From Selaginella moellendorffii (lineage: Eukaryota; Plantae; Lycopodiophyta), in the NCBI RefSeq assembly GCF_000143415.4, contig NW_003314276.1, positions 831,630 to 895,629 of the forward strand: DNA of 64,000 nucleotides, given 5' to 3'. The notes under the pieces are model-generated. The model worked only from the letters and a program-made list of their open reading frames with translations, was not told where the DNA came from and ran no database searches. Positions 36,148-48,069 of this stretch are shown here, one piece after another. Each line of letters begins with the position of its first letter. Within the stretch, counting starts at the first letter, position 1. A program made the translations under genes and the position numbers.

Positions 36148-36178
36148 AGGAAACTTAGCATTAGGGTTCTTCGTGGCT

Positions 36179-37693
36179 ATGGTGGGAGACTGGAGGAAGG
36201 GCTACTGGTATGTGATCGTAGGGTTTCTGACGCTCGGGCTGATTCTCTACTTGACGAGCGACATCGAGCATTGGCTACTCCCTAGGGATTCCCACGTACA
36301 AGATTCCGGGCGTCTTGCGGATCTTCTCCGGCGCCAGGAGCAGGGGCTCTTCGAAATCTGGAATGCGACGCGCGATTCTTCTCAGGCCGATGCCTTGCGC
36401 TCGCAGATCGAGCTCAATCACCAGATCCAGCAGCTGGTATCAGGCGCCAGACATGGATACGATCCGGGAATGGGGGGCTGCCAGGGCCAGAATTTCTCAT
36501 CCAGACGCCACGGCAAGCTCTTCCAGTGGCAGCCGAGAGAGGATCGCTTCCTTCTCGTGATTTGCACGTCCGGCCAGATCTCCAATCACCTCATCTGCCT
36601 CGAGAAGCACATGTTCTTCGCGGCGCTGCTCGATCGGACGCTCGTTTTGCCCGACCCCAGCGTCGATTATTCGTACGAGAAGACGCTCGACATCGCCCAC
36701 ATTCGCAGCTGCCTAGGAGAGAAGACTCTCCTCACATTCCATGAGTTTCTTGCCAAGAACAAGACGGACATCCGGCTCCTGTGCTACATGAGTGGCTGCT
36801 ACTTGGACAAAGATCACGAGAAGAAGATCAAAGCTTTGGGACTTTCCTGGAGTTCCAAGACCGATGCCTGGCCTGAAGAAGCTTCTCTCAAAGGTTATCC
36901 ATCTCATCCTCGCGCGAGCGAATTCGTGGCGAAGTTCTCTTGCGAGGACGAGGTTCTCGGCATAGGGGACGTGTTCTACTCGGACGTGGAGTCGGAGCTC
37001 GTAGCACAGATTGGTGGTCCATTGCAGCACTCGTGCAAGACGATCATCCGGCCAAACAGGCTCATTCTTCTCACCGCGCAAAGGTTCGTGCAAACTTTCC
37101 TGGGATCCAACTTCATGGCGCTCCACTTTCGTCGGCATGGCTTCTTAAAGTTCTGGTAAGAAGAGCTTCGCCACCTTTTCTCTTCTTCTTATGACCTTTT
37201 CTCTCTTTTTTGGCAGCAATGTAAAGAATGAGAGCTGCTTCTTCCCGATTCCTCAAGCTGCCAGCTGCATCTTGAGGAAGATCGAGGAGGCCAAGCCCCG
37301 AGTGATCTACATCTCCACGGACGCGGCGGAGAGCGAGATCACTCTCCTCCAGCAATTGCTCGGCCCTGACGTTCCAATGATCCAGAGGCCACAGCACGAC
37401 TCGAGAGAGAAATGGGACGCGATCCTGCAAAGAAAAGGCCTGCTAGCTGATAACGAGGTGAGCGATCTAAGCAAAACTTCTCCTTTCTGACGCTCGACTT
37501 TGCTTTGGTTGCAAAGGTGGTAGCGATGCTGGACAAAACGATCTGCGCTATGGCCGAATCGTTCATCGGGACGCCGGGCTCCACTTTCACGGATGATATC
37601 GTGAGATTGCGGAAAGAGTGGGGAAGTAGCAATAGCTGCGATGGTGTTCTATGCCAAGGACAGCATCCAAATTTCATAGCCGACACAGACTAA
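36179..37693 (+). CDS. O-fucosyltransferase family protein, type II membrane (3 exons)
   Basis: N-terminal TM; WQPREDRFLLVICTSGQISNHLICLEKHMFFAALLDR; ALHFRRHGFLKF; IYISTDAAESE; MLDKTICAMAESFIGTPGSTFT. Confidence 0.92.
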
Positions 37694-37778
37694 AACATAG
37701 AAACTCGACGTGTTCATAGCTCCCAATATTCTTCTTCTCGCTAGAATATTCGCTCCACAAACTAAGTTTAGTTCACGG

Positions 37779-37988
37779 GTTATGTAGAGGAGGGGCGCAA
37801 TATTTTTCAAGTGATCAACCCTGGGAAGACTGGCCAGCCCAGGGACCTGAGGGATAGTCTTGTAGAGCCGATCCCGGGTTCGAACCCACCCGAAGAAGAG
37901 GGACCCTCAAATAAAACAAACTGATCACTCCCTTTTATTTTCCCATGCATGTTGGAGCACGGAATCGAACTCATCACTCCTTAGTACT
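37779..37988 (+). repeat. ~200-bp tRNA-like (SINE-like) structured repeat, copy 1
   Basis: Near-identical to 39518-39717. B-box GGGTTCGAACCC lies ~46 nt after an A-box-like TGGCCAGCCCAGG. Confidence 0.75.
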
Positions 37989-38059
37989 TGTAAATTTTGA
38001 GCATGTGAAAGTTGGCTGGCAAAAATTGTGAAATCCTCAAACCCATCTATAATGCATTC

Positions 38060-38700
38060 TTGAAAGCAGAAGATGAAGGCTCTTGCATCCTCATCACTGG
38101 TGCTGGATCTGGCATTGGTGTGTCCCTTCTTTTGGCACACACAGCAAAGAGAGAAAAAGCGGAGTGAATAAGCGTCATCGGCTCACTTTCACTTGATCGA
38201 ACTGTCTTTGGCGTGGACCTTGCGAGGCGCGGTGGAAACATCACGATTGTGGATTTGTCGTGTGAGAATGGCTGAGCCTGGTAAGAGAGCCGACGAATCC
38301 GAATCCTCCCTTTGCTATCTTTGTTGAGTGTGATGTCTGCAATCCAGGCGAGAGAGATACTTCAGCATTCCTTTTCCCTGATTGTTATATATTTTCCTCC
38401 TGTAGAGCAATTCGCAAAGGCATTCAAGGAGCACAAGGAAACGTTCTTGAGACTGGATGTGTGAGGGATCGTCGAGCAGGGGGACTTCGTGAGCGATGAC
38501 AAATGGTGTAAGGTCTTGAGGGTGAACCTCATGGCAGCCATCGAATGCACAAGCCAAGCAGTAATTTCCACTGATACCTTTAAAACATTTGAACAGATCC
38601 AAGCTATGAGGTCCCAAGACAGTCCTGGAGGAGCCATCGTGAATCTCGCTTCGGCTTTCTTGTCCCTTTGTATCCGATCTACTCGGCATCCAAGGGTAAG
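38060..38700 (+). pseudogene. Short-chain dehydrogenase/reductase pseudogene fragments
   Basis: ILITGAGSGIG; TIVDLSCENG* (stop); WCKVLRVNLMAAIECT; GAIVNLASA. Confidence 0.7.
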
Positions 38701-38910
38701 TACATGCTTTTCTTTCTCTCGACTTCCTTCTAAGTTAAAGATGGACTCGGTTCACAAGGTCGCTTGTGGAACTACAGAGCGAAGGCATATGAGCAAACGT
38801 TCTGTATCCCTGGGTTTGGAGTTCATCCTTTTTTTTTTTCTTTTGCAGGATCATAAGCGAACTTGTTTCAGTACGTTGAAACGCCCATGCAGGGCTCGAC
38901 TCGAGCGGTT

Positions 38911-39060
38911 TTAGGTTGTGATCTGGAAAGAATGGCATGGCGGGTCGATGAGCTCCTCGGCGTAGCCTTCCAGACCTCGCGAGAACATCCAGATCACGCT
39001 GCTGTAGTGATCCTTGACGGGTTTCAAACTCGCGCAACAAGATGGTTGTGAGGATAACTC
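38911..39060 (-). pseudogene. PLS-PPR fragment
   Basis: PVKDHYSSVIWMFSRG...AEELI resembles the P..EHY..VDLLGR...EAEELI motif. Confidence 0.45.
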
Positions 39061-39517
39061 ATCTCCAAATGATAGAATAACTCTTTCAGAAAGAGCATAA
39101 GCCTGTTGTTGGCTTGACGCCGCCGTGGCGATCACCATGATCCACGTCCCTTGGTACCATTACCTAGACCCGCCTTGGTGCACTCTTAAATCTTTAATCC
39201 AGGTGCGAGAGAGAAGAGAAGATTTTGAAGGACAAGACTGAAGAAAGAGATGTTTGGCACTCCTTGGCGATCATCGCGATCAATCTCTACGTGAGCTCTC
39301 TCCTGAAGTTACCACTTGCACAACTTTTTATTCCCTGGTCTTCGAAACAAAATCTCCGAGGATCCGGATACAAAACCACACCTTCCTCCTGCGAGTTAAA
39401 AGTGATATCCCCTCGAAAGCTCTTGCCAAGCCTGGCTATCACCACGCTCCCCACTCATGGATTTTTGGCGTCCACCTTGGTTGTATCGTTAACCAGGGTT
39501 AAGGCCTAACTGCACTC

Positions 39518-39717
39518 GTTATGTAGAGGAGGGGCACAATTGATCAACCCTGGGAAGACTGGCCAGCCCAGGGACCTGAGGGATAGTCTTGTAGAGCCGA
39601 TCCCGGGTTCGAACCCACCCGAAGAAGAGGGACCCTCAAATAAAACAAACTGATCACTCCCTTTTATTTTCCCAAGCATGTTGGGGCACGGATTCGAACA
39701 CAGCACTCCTTCGTACT
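39518..39717 (+). repeat. ~200-bp tRNA-like structured repeat, copy 2
   Basis: Direct repeat of 37779-37988; the central ~130 bp read identically. Confidence 0.8.
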
Positions 39718-40060
39718 ACGAACTAAATTTCTCCAAAATGTATCAACTACGCGAACATGTTTGGTGCTCGGAGTAGCGCTTTGAATATTACTTTGGACCT
39801 TCTTTTGAGCTGGAGGACTAGAGTTTCATGAATGAGACACACTAGAAGACGAGTGCCATGAGATCATGAAGGCTGAAATCAACGCAATGCTTCTAGCGTG
39901 AAGCTCTAATTTCGCCGTTGTCTTTGCTTCTTTCAAGAGACTTTTTCATGGTATGATCAATGTCAAATTAACAAAATTGGTTAGTGGTTACATTAGTGTT
40001 TGGGGTGGTGGTGGTGTGTGTGTGTGTGTGTGTGCGTATGGTGAGAAGTAAAACGACTAT

Positions 40061-41200
40061 TTAAACAATGACTTTGCATCCCTTCTCCAAGCTCACCTTG
40101 GGCGTGATGTAGTTTCCGGCCAAGATAAAGTCGGACATAATGTTGTAAAAGTGTTCTGTGTAGTGAATGCCATCGAAGGTGAAGTACTCGCTGGGATGCT
40201 CGCACACCGTGTAGACTGCATCTGTGTGGTTCAATGGCGCACAGCCGCAAAGACCATCTCCATCACAGTTAAACTTGCCACCGCCGCCGCAGCACGACTG
40301 GAGCGAGTTCGTGAAGCCAAACTCTTCCATGTTCTCCAAAACGTAGGTGTTGGCAGCAAACCAATCAAAGTAGTAAACAGTGAGACCGGGATACTCTTGG
40401 GTGAGCTCGGCCGCCAAAGCCTGGAGTTGTGAGTTGAAGTAGGAGATAAGCTGGGCAATCTCGACGATACAACCATCCTTATCGTAGTGGTACATCCCCT
40501 CGGGGAACTGCTGGAAGGACTGAAGATAGTTTGGCGAGCAATCGGCGCGGGGCATGTTGTAGAGCAAGACATGGCGAGCTCCGTGTGAGTACAAGTTGTG
40601 GATTCCATCGGCCAGGCCCCGGATCACGGCCGGAATGGTGACATTGATCACGTAGCCACCTCCCAGCGGCAGCCCGAAGTTGATATCGTCACCTCCAATC
40701 TCGACCATGTAGAGCGCATTCTCGTACCATGGAGAGCTATCCTCGCGGCCGTATTCACCCACGACCTTGGAGCGGTGACGCACGAAATCGTCAACCTGGG
40801 CAGAGAAGATGTGCGGGCTGGAGAATGGCTGGTTCTCGACCTTGATCACGGTGGCTCCGGCGTATCCAAAGTTGAGGCTGACAAACTCGGTGCCATTGAA
40901 TTCGAGGCTCGGAATGCCCAAGTTCTCGAGGTGGAGCTTCTGGATCAGAAAGTCGGGGATGACGAGCCCATCGCTGTAGCGTCCGGTGGGCCTTCCGTAG
41001 GTGACGCCATAGGGATACATGCCCGAGAGAGTCTTCCCGCCAGCCTCGATGTCGCGGTTGCCACCATCGCTGAGAGAATCTGCGAATGTAAACACTGCAG
41101 TGGGACAGATTGAGCCCTCCTTGGGCGATCGAATCGCAGCAGACTGAGAAAACAGTGAGACGATGAAAAGAGCAAAGATTGCAAGAACAGTGGAAGCCAT
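40061..41200 (-). CDS. Secreted GDSL/SGNH esterase-lipase, intronless, 379 aa
   Basis: Signal peptide; block I FADSLSDGGN; PTGRYSDG; NFGYAGA; EIGGDD; block V FDGIHYTE. Confidence 0.95.
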   Translation of the reverse strand: MASTVLAIFALFIVSLFSQSAAIRSPKEGSICPTAVFTFADSLSDGGNRDIEAGGKTLSGMYPYGVTYGRPTGRYSDGLVIPDFLIQKLHLENLGIPSLEFNGTEFVSLNFGYAGATVIKVENQPFSSPHIFSAQVDDFVRHRSKVVGEYGREDSSPWYENALYMVEIGGDDINFGLPLGGGYVINVTIPAVIRGLADGIHNLYSHGARHVLLYNMPRADCSPNYLQSFQQFPEGMYHYDKDGCIVEIAQLISYFNSQLQALAAELTQEYPGLTVYYFDWFAANTYVLENMEEFGFTNSLQSCCGGGGKFNCDGDGLCGCAPLNHTDAVYTVCEHPSEYFTFDGIHYTEHFYNIMSDFILAGNYITPKVSLEKGCKVIV

Positions 41201-41677
41201 CTTTTATGATGCTTTGAAACTGCGATGGAGTTGCTTTATATACTAGATCAAGGTGTACTAATCTCTGCTATTGGTATGCTAATTTGAGTTTCTGAAAGTC
41301 GATCAGTATTTCGAGTTACCAAAGCGATCAAAAAATCTTTTTCTTTGTTTTACATAAAGGTGAACTAAATAAAGAGTTCACATCATTTCCACAATGTTCT
41401 TGGTTTTCTTCTTGCGTTAAAGACGAAAAATCACCAGCATTTGCATCAAATACTTGCATTGATCCTTCTTCCAGGTAGCGATGTGAGCCGCGAGCAGAGT
41501 AGTTCTGGAACTGTCTAAGCGAACACATGATCCCGCCCAATCATGGGGCCACACTACGCCAAATCATCTTCGTATTTCAGCAGCACGGTATTCATGAACC
41601 GGTCCCCGTCCTAGGCAGCAATTGATGGAGCTGATGGCTGCGATTCTTGTGAATTTTTCCAGGAACCAGATTTTTTG

Positions 41678-41759
41678 AAACTCGAAATACTGATCGACTT
41701 TCAGAAACTCAAATTTGATCTAGTATGTAAAGCAACTCCATCGCAGTTTCAAAAGATGG
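41678..41759 (+). repeat. Inverted duplicate of the GDSL TATA/5'UTR region (41198-41317)
   Basis: aactcgaaatactgatcgactttcagaaactcaaatt and tgatctagtat.taaagcaactccatcgcagtttcaaa are reverse complements of 41281-41317 and 41212-41250. Confidence 0.9.
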
Positions 41760-41790
41760 TTTAGAAGTGGAGAAGATGGCCTGAGAGACT

Positions 41791-42000
41791 CTAGATGGAG
41801 GTGAGTCTTGTCTTGGTTGGTCTTGGTCTGGTGACAAGAAATTGATAAATTGGTTAGGGTTTAGGTTTCAGGTGTCATAAAAGATGAGTTTCCTAGGCAG
41901 CAATTATTCTTCAGAATTTTTCCCTTGAGCCTTGAGCCTAGATGGAGGTGAGTCTTGTCTTGGTTTGGTCTTGGTCTGGTGACAAGAATTTGATCAATTG
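41791..42000 (+). repeat. ~60-bp direct repeat pair (41791 and 41938)
   Basis: ctagatggaggtgagtcttgtcttggtt(t)ggtcttggtctggtgacaagaa occurs twice. Confidence 0.85.
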
Positions 42001-42566
42001 ATTATCCCATTTTCCCATAAGCAGCAAGATTCCCAGTTTTATTTACACAACTACAATACCTACCCCTTCATAATATTAAAAATAAGTATAATAAAGTTTT
42101 TTTTATCATGGTTCATTAATGTTCTTAAAGTAGTATTTATATCATTGATTTATACATGTAGATGCATATGGTAGTGGATATACCTAAAATATACTTAAAT
42201 ATTCTAGGATATTCTACCATCTAACGGTTGTTATTCATTTAGATTAATCTTGTATTTATAATTTATAAACTTTCTTAAACCCTTTCTAATATATTATTTT
42301 TTATTCTTAATAGTTGATATGCAATAAGATTAATCTTGTCTTTATAAACTACATACATACTTATAATTATAAACTTTATTTAATCAATTGGATTAATAAG
42401 TAGGGATAACACCACTATTAAGCAAACCAAGCATTGCTACATGCAATGCATAGCAAAGTTTTTGAAATTAAACTAAAAAGTTTTATGATAATTATAAAGT
42501 GTTTTCAAATATAAAACTTAATTTCTTGCAATTTTTATTATGTCCTACTATGCACTCAAAGTTAAT

Positions 42567-44216
42567 TATAAATGACTAAATTTTTTATTATACTTTAGTC
42601 ACTTAACCACACATTTGGCCATATATAAAAGTATTACTCACAACCTCTATAAGTTTTCATCCCAACTTAGGGTGTTTATTAAAATTCAAAAGGTGGCCTC
42701 CACTTCTGACACTTAAAAGTATCATTAACATATTAGTTTCTTACATTAAAGTGATATTTATTTTCACTATCTTAATTGTTAGTCCAAGACCACATGCACT
42801 ATAGATCTATCTTTTTAAAACAAAACTATCCTTTTCATGAAAGCTCACTTTATAACCATTTCTTTAGTAGCTCTATGATATGAGGGAATATTGTCCTTTA
42901 ATATTCTTTATTTGATCCCAATAAAGCCTCTTTTTAATCATAATAGTGCTCACTAACACTGTCACTAAGCCTATGCCTAAAAGCCTGTTTATTAAATTTC
43001 ATTAACCCTTGGGACTTCTTCACCATGTAACTATATTTTTTATTACTAAGCAAGAAGACCACTTATTTTCCTTTTTACAATTAAGGACTTTAAAATACCA
43101 TTTCAAAACACTATAACCCAGTATAAGCTTTATGGATATAATCCCCACCTTTCATCACCATGGTGCCTCAATCATGTGGCTAAAGTGAAATTCTAATGAG
43201 CCATATAAGGTATCCAAGTAGATAATGCCACTTACACTTGGATTGGAACTATGGGTGGCATTTTCAATCTAACTATTGAATATATATCTAAGAGGCATGT
43301 AAAGTATCTTACTGATGTGTCGAATATATTTAGGGCCAAATATCAAGACATATCAATTCACCCCACTCCCATCAATCATTCAAACTCTTGGGAGGAAATT
43401 ATATTATTTGTTCATCTATGTTTATTTTAGCCTTAAACTCCTCATTCATTAAGTAGGTATAATTTTCTTTTACCACTAGAATCCTCCCTTTACTATCTTG
43501 CAAAAACTCATAAAACCTCTTAAAGTTTAAGGGATGATCAATTTGGGCTTTCATCCCACCCTTTAAACATATTTAGGCCTGGATATATTTATGTTTGACT
43601 TTTCAAACACTTTGTTTTATAATGAAGTGAAATGGTTTTAATATCATTCTTGTAAACAATTAAAAAGAATGATGTGAGAGAGGATCTATAATAGTTCAAA
43701 TATAGAAAGAAAGAACCTATAAATAAGAGTGCATCCCTTTTATCAATTAATTAAAACGGTTTTATGATATTGTTTTTGGGTTTTAGTAGTATTAGATTGG
43801 GTGATCAGGAAATTTATAATATTTTCATTAATCAAAAACAAAAATTGGGGGCTCAAAGATGATTAAATATCGTTTTAGTCTACATTATAAATGTCTTTCG
43901 CGTTTAGTATCACACTAGTAAATATAGTTTTGCTAATTTATCTTTGCTAAAGTTAGATATTTTTTAATAGCTTTTTATATCACATATTAGTCATTCTTTT
44001 GTCTCTTTTTGAACACTCTCTTATCAATCACTTCATTTTTATTTTTCAAGTGTTTCTTTAAAGAGTTTCATTCTCACTCTAAAATTGAACTTGTCCAAAT
44101 TGAACTTGACATTCGAATTTTCCAAATTAAAGTTTTTAGTCCAAACATGTTATATTTATTGGACTTCTGCCTTGGTCATTGCTATTACTTTGGGACTTAG
44201 GGATTTATGTTTTATA
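42567..44216 (-). mobile_element. Heavily AT-eroded solo LTR of family A
   Basis: Collinear with 12429-14220 (tactttagtcacttaaccacac; ggtatccaagtag; ttgggctttca; ttttagtccaaacatgtta). Termini have eroded to TATA..TATA. TSD TTAAT at 42562-42566 and 44217-44221. Confidence 0.75.
43651..43818 (+). mobile_element. Decayed Cassandra-type solo LTR nested in the eroded LTR
   Basis: tgtaaacaa...gttcaaatataga...ttgggttttagtagtattagattgggtga...ttata is collinear with 9481-9673. No clean TSD. Confidence 0.65.
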
Positions 44217-46310
44217 TTAATAATTAGTTTGAAAAAAAAATAACTTTATACATGAAAAGGTTATTAAAACAAAAAAATATAGTTATAACTAAAGAATAAT
44301 AAATGGATTTGAATAGTTCCTTCTAATTATTAATTTTTTAACTAAAATGATAATTTAGTAAAAGCTTGAACCTTGAAAAATTTCAAATATTATAAGTACC
44401 TTTAGCAATAGATAAATATTCACTCAGCTTTTATTGCTATGTTTATTAATTTAGATTTCATCATATATCTCAGATAATAGTAATCATAAAGGGATTTTGT
44501 ATATTTATTCAATACATTGATATAATTATTGAAAGGATAGATAATATATATTTTTCAGAATATTATTTTTTATTTTCTTATTTAGTTTTACTATTTAAGC
44601 CAAACACTTCACCATTGAAATATATATGTTTTTCTTTTCTTTTTTTAATGTTATTTTAATAAATAAATGGGATGATTAATGATATAAAGTAGCATAACTT
44701 AAATTGATTATTTCTCAGTAAATGATAAAATGAAATTGCTTAGAAAAATAAATTCTTTAAAATTATTACCATTCAAGTTCAAATTAATCCTATATTCAAT
44801 TTTGTGAGAAAGATGGGGTAAAAATGTATTTAAGCATTTTTAATCATTAAAATATTAATTTTTTAATTAATTTAATCTATATTTTAACTTTATTTTTAAT
44901 AGTGGTATATATATTTTTTTGTTTTAAATTTAATTTAAAAGAGCCAAAACATATATCATATTCTCTAAGGTTTAATTTGTTTCTATTAATAAAATTATAT
45001 ATGTAAAAAGTAACTTTTTTAATGTATAAGTAGTAATATAAAATTTGTTACTACCTCTTGGTGATGGGGATGTACTATTATTTTGTTAAAAGATGTATTG
45101 CTCAAAAAAAAAGAAACTAAACAAGTAAAATATAATAATTATAATTAAAATAATATTCAAGACTATGCACAAAATACATAAAAAGGGTATGATACATAGA
45201 ATATTAAACTAAAGAATATTCTTTTAAGGTTTAGGGAGAGTTGTTTTATACCAGTTTGATAAAAAAACTCATTTAATTGAAACAATTTAAATTTTTATAT
45301 TTTAGCAACATAACAAATTTAGATTTTATATTTAAGAAACTCATTCCACAACATTTTTGTTAGTTTATCTTCAACTCATAATTATATTTGATAATTTTCC
45401 AACTATTTTTTGAGCTTATAAAAGCTAATATATTTTATCAAGTTAATTTTCAAAATATAGTTTAACATCCTCATTGTTAAATAAAACATAAATAACTTTT
45501 ATTACTTTTGAAAAAATTATTTTAAAATTATACTACTTTTTATAACTCAGTCTATGTTATAATAATGCTTTCATCAAATTTTTTTGGGCATTGGAACACA
45601 AACGAATGAACAGATTTATGTAGTTTGTAAAGCAAAGAATATTTTATGATCATATTTTTTAGTTTGTACACAAAATAATTATTTAGAAATATAACATGAG
45701 GAAGTGAAATATTTAATTTTTAAAAAGTAAAAAGTAAAATGGCATTATTAATAGCAAATTGCAATTCATTAAATGAAAATATATTAGGGATTATGCTGAG
45801 GGGAATTTTGCTTCTACTAATATTTCTAGCAGTTTACAATTGTTATTATTTATAATCAAATTTTAGTTAGTTAGAGGTCAATGTGTGTTTAACAATTTTT
45901 CAACTAAATAAGAGAACTAATTTAGTGGGCGCTGTGAAGTCGGTGAGTGGAGCGCCTTCCGGAACTGGAGTTAAGCGACACTCAATGCCACAAGGCAAGG
46001 CGCTGGCAGCTTCCATTGTCATAGGAGAGTTTGATCGGTGATGACAATGGAAGCTCCTAGGCAAAGAGGTAAGATTGGGTGTTGCTGGGAGAAACGCTCC
46101 GAGGCGACGATCGATTATTGCTCGCTGGTCTCAGAATACACGCAGGATGGAAAATTCCTGAAAGTACCGATCTTGAGACGATGCAGAGATCCATGCTGCG
46201 TCTGACGTGGAAGGGTTGGAGCTCAAATTCTTCGAAAACCATTTGGAAAAATGGTACCTTTGGATCGAGAATACATCACAGAGAGACTAAACCATCGCTT
46301 CTATACAAGC

Positions 46311-47982
46311 TTACAAGCCCTGCACGATATTACATTAGAACTGAAGATAGAAATCACAAGATAGAACCTTAAATAGTAGATCGTGAGCTAGTGTCTCCCA
46401 GTCGAGTGAAACCGAGAGAAGCGAGCATCTGAGTGGAATCAAGTCCTCATTTGGCCCCGACGATGCAGCTAGATAAGCGTGCTTTGCCGCGTCGGCCGCC
46501 TTTCGCACGATGGTACCGATTCCAAGCTTTGCTCCAGTCTTTTCCGAAGGTATTGGCGATGGTGCTTCGACTGGTTCCTCGCTGGGATCTGATCGTGGTA
46601 GCAGAAAAACAACTCTGTGAACCTCTTCACGAAAAAATAATTCTTGCTACCTGGTACTCTTGTAACAATCACGTCGACTTCGCCACGGCCACCAGGCCCT
46701 CGCATCACAAGCCTCTCCGACTTGCCTCCCAAATGTAAAAATCCAAAGCTCAATTTTCCACCTGGAAACTCCGAAGAATAAGAATGCTACGTAGTGGTTG
46801 TATGTGCACTTACTTTCAAAAGCGGAACGCACCATTTCGTAGCTTACAAATCCCGAAAACAATGTCACCTGGAACAAGGCGTGAGAAGAATGGTGTGACG
46901 GAAAAGAATTACCACTGCGCTCGAGCGTGAACCATCCTTTCCTCTTATAAGTCTCCCGGATCCAAATGCCGCTCCTCCCGTGGCGTGAAGGAGAACGCAG
47001 TAACAATGATCTTCATTTTTAAGAATCTGCACGAGAAGCATAAGATCAAGACGACAAGATGACCAAGATTTACCAGGTGTTCAAACGTATCGTCGTGATC
47101 ATCAACCGAGAAGTAAATGTCGGGATAAGATGACACCGTCTCCGAAGCCTGGAAGTCCCAAGATCAGGAAGACAACGCCAAAACGAAGCACTTACTTTTG
47201 AAGACTTTGTTTGAAAATTTGAGCGGCTTGGCGAGGCAAAAACATTTTTTGTGATCTGGAAAACCAGGCATTGTCAAGAAATAAAAAAAACGAGAAAACA
47301 GAGCTGAACCTTATAGATGGATTCCAGAGAACTTCCGGAGGAATTTCGATATCTAAGCAACTCTTCTCGGCTGCAGGATGAGAAAACGTGAGAGAAACAC
47401 CAAGCAAATCGTTCGATAAATACCTACAAATCGAAACTGTTAATGTGTATGTTGTGTGCACTACAAGGTTGAGATAAAAGGATCGTCTCCAGTCCACTTC
47501 CCGTGTTCTATCTCCAAGAACTTTACTTAGCTGTGGAAGCCAAGAGAGATGCTACTTGAAGAACAAAATGAGAGACAAACCTGTGGTTGCCATCGGCGCA
47601 CGAAGCATGGCTCCGCGAAGATTTTTCCCTCGTCATTGAATCCACCACCGCCAAATTCTAAGCTCTGGAGAAAACCGAGAAGAAAATCGAGTCTCAATAG
47701 AAGAGAAAGAATTTTTTCCGGACACTTACGAGCAAATTCACGAAGAAGAGAAGATCGTCGCTAGTTGTTTTCGACTGCACGAGACCACGGACGAAGAACA
47801 TGTCCAGCATTTCTTGCCAGAAGTGCGAATCCCCGCTCTCCTCCCCATCGCGCGCGATAGTCTGGCCGAGAGAGCTCGAATACTTGCGGACAATCGCGAG
47901 AAGCTCGTCCCTGCGCAAGCGCGAGCTGAAAACCTATTTCCCTTTCTAAGCGATCATACCTGGAGGGGGCGGTCATCGACAT
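46311..47982 (-). CDS. KIAA0930/DUF2045 family uncharacterised protein (multi-exon)
   Basis: DDLLFFV; DWRRSFYLNLVVH; YPDIYFSVDD.DDTF; VTLFSGFVSY; MRGPGGRGEVDV; C-terminal LAHDLLFK. Confidence 0.85.
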
Positions 47983-48069
47983 TTCTCCCTGGCTTTCATG
48001 AAACTGGGATTAGGGTTCTTGGTATTATAGGGTTCTTCGCTTCTCTCTTCTCTCTAGTGGCAATTGGCG

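Noticed and set aside
37819-37862. HDV-like ribozyme in the 200-bp repeat
   Set aside because: Only 6 nt separate the candidate P2 and P1' strands, too few for P3-L3; only a simple pseudoknot is supported.
37824-37900. Intact tRNA gene
   Set aside because: A B-box is present, but no proper acceptor stem or D-arm could be folded.
46041-46061. Helitron 3' end (hairpin + CTAG)
   Set aside because: CTAG directly abuts the stem and is followed by G rather than T; no matching 5' TC end was found.
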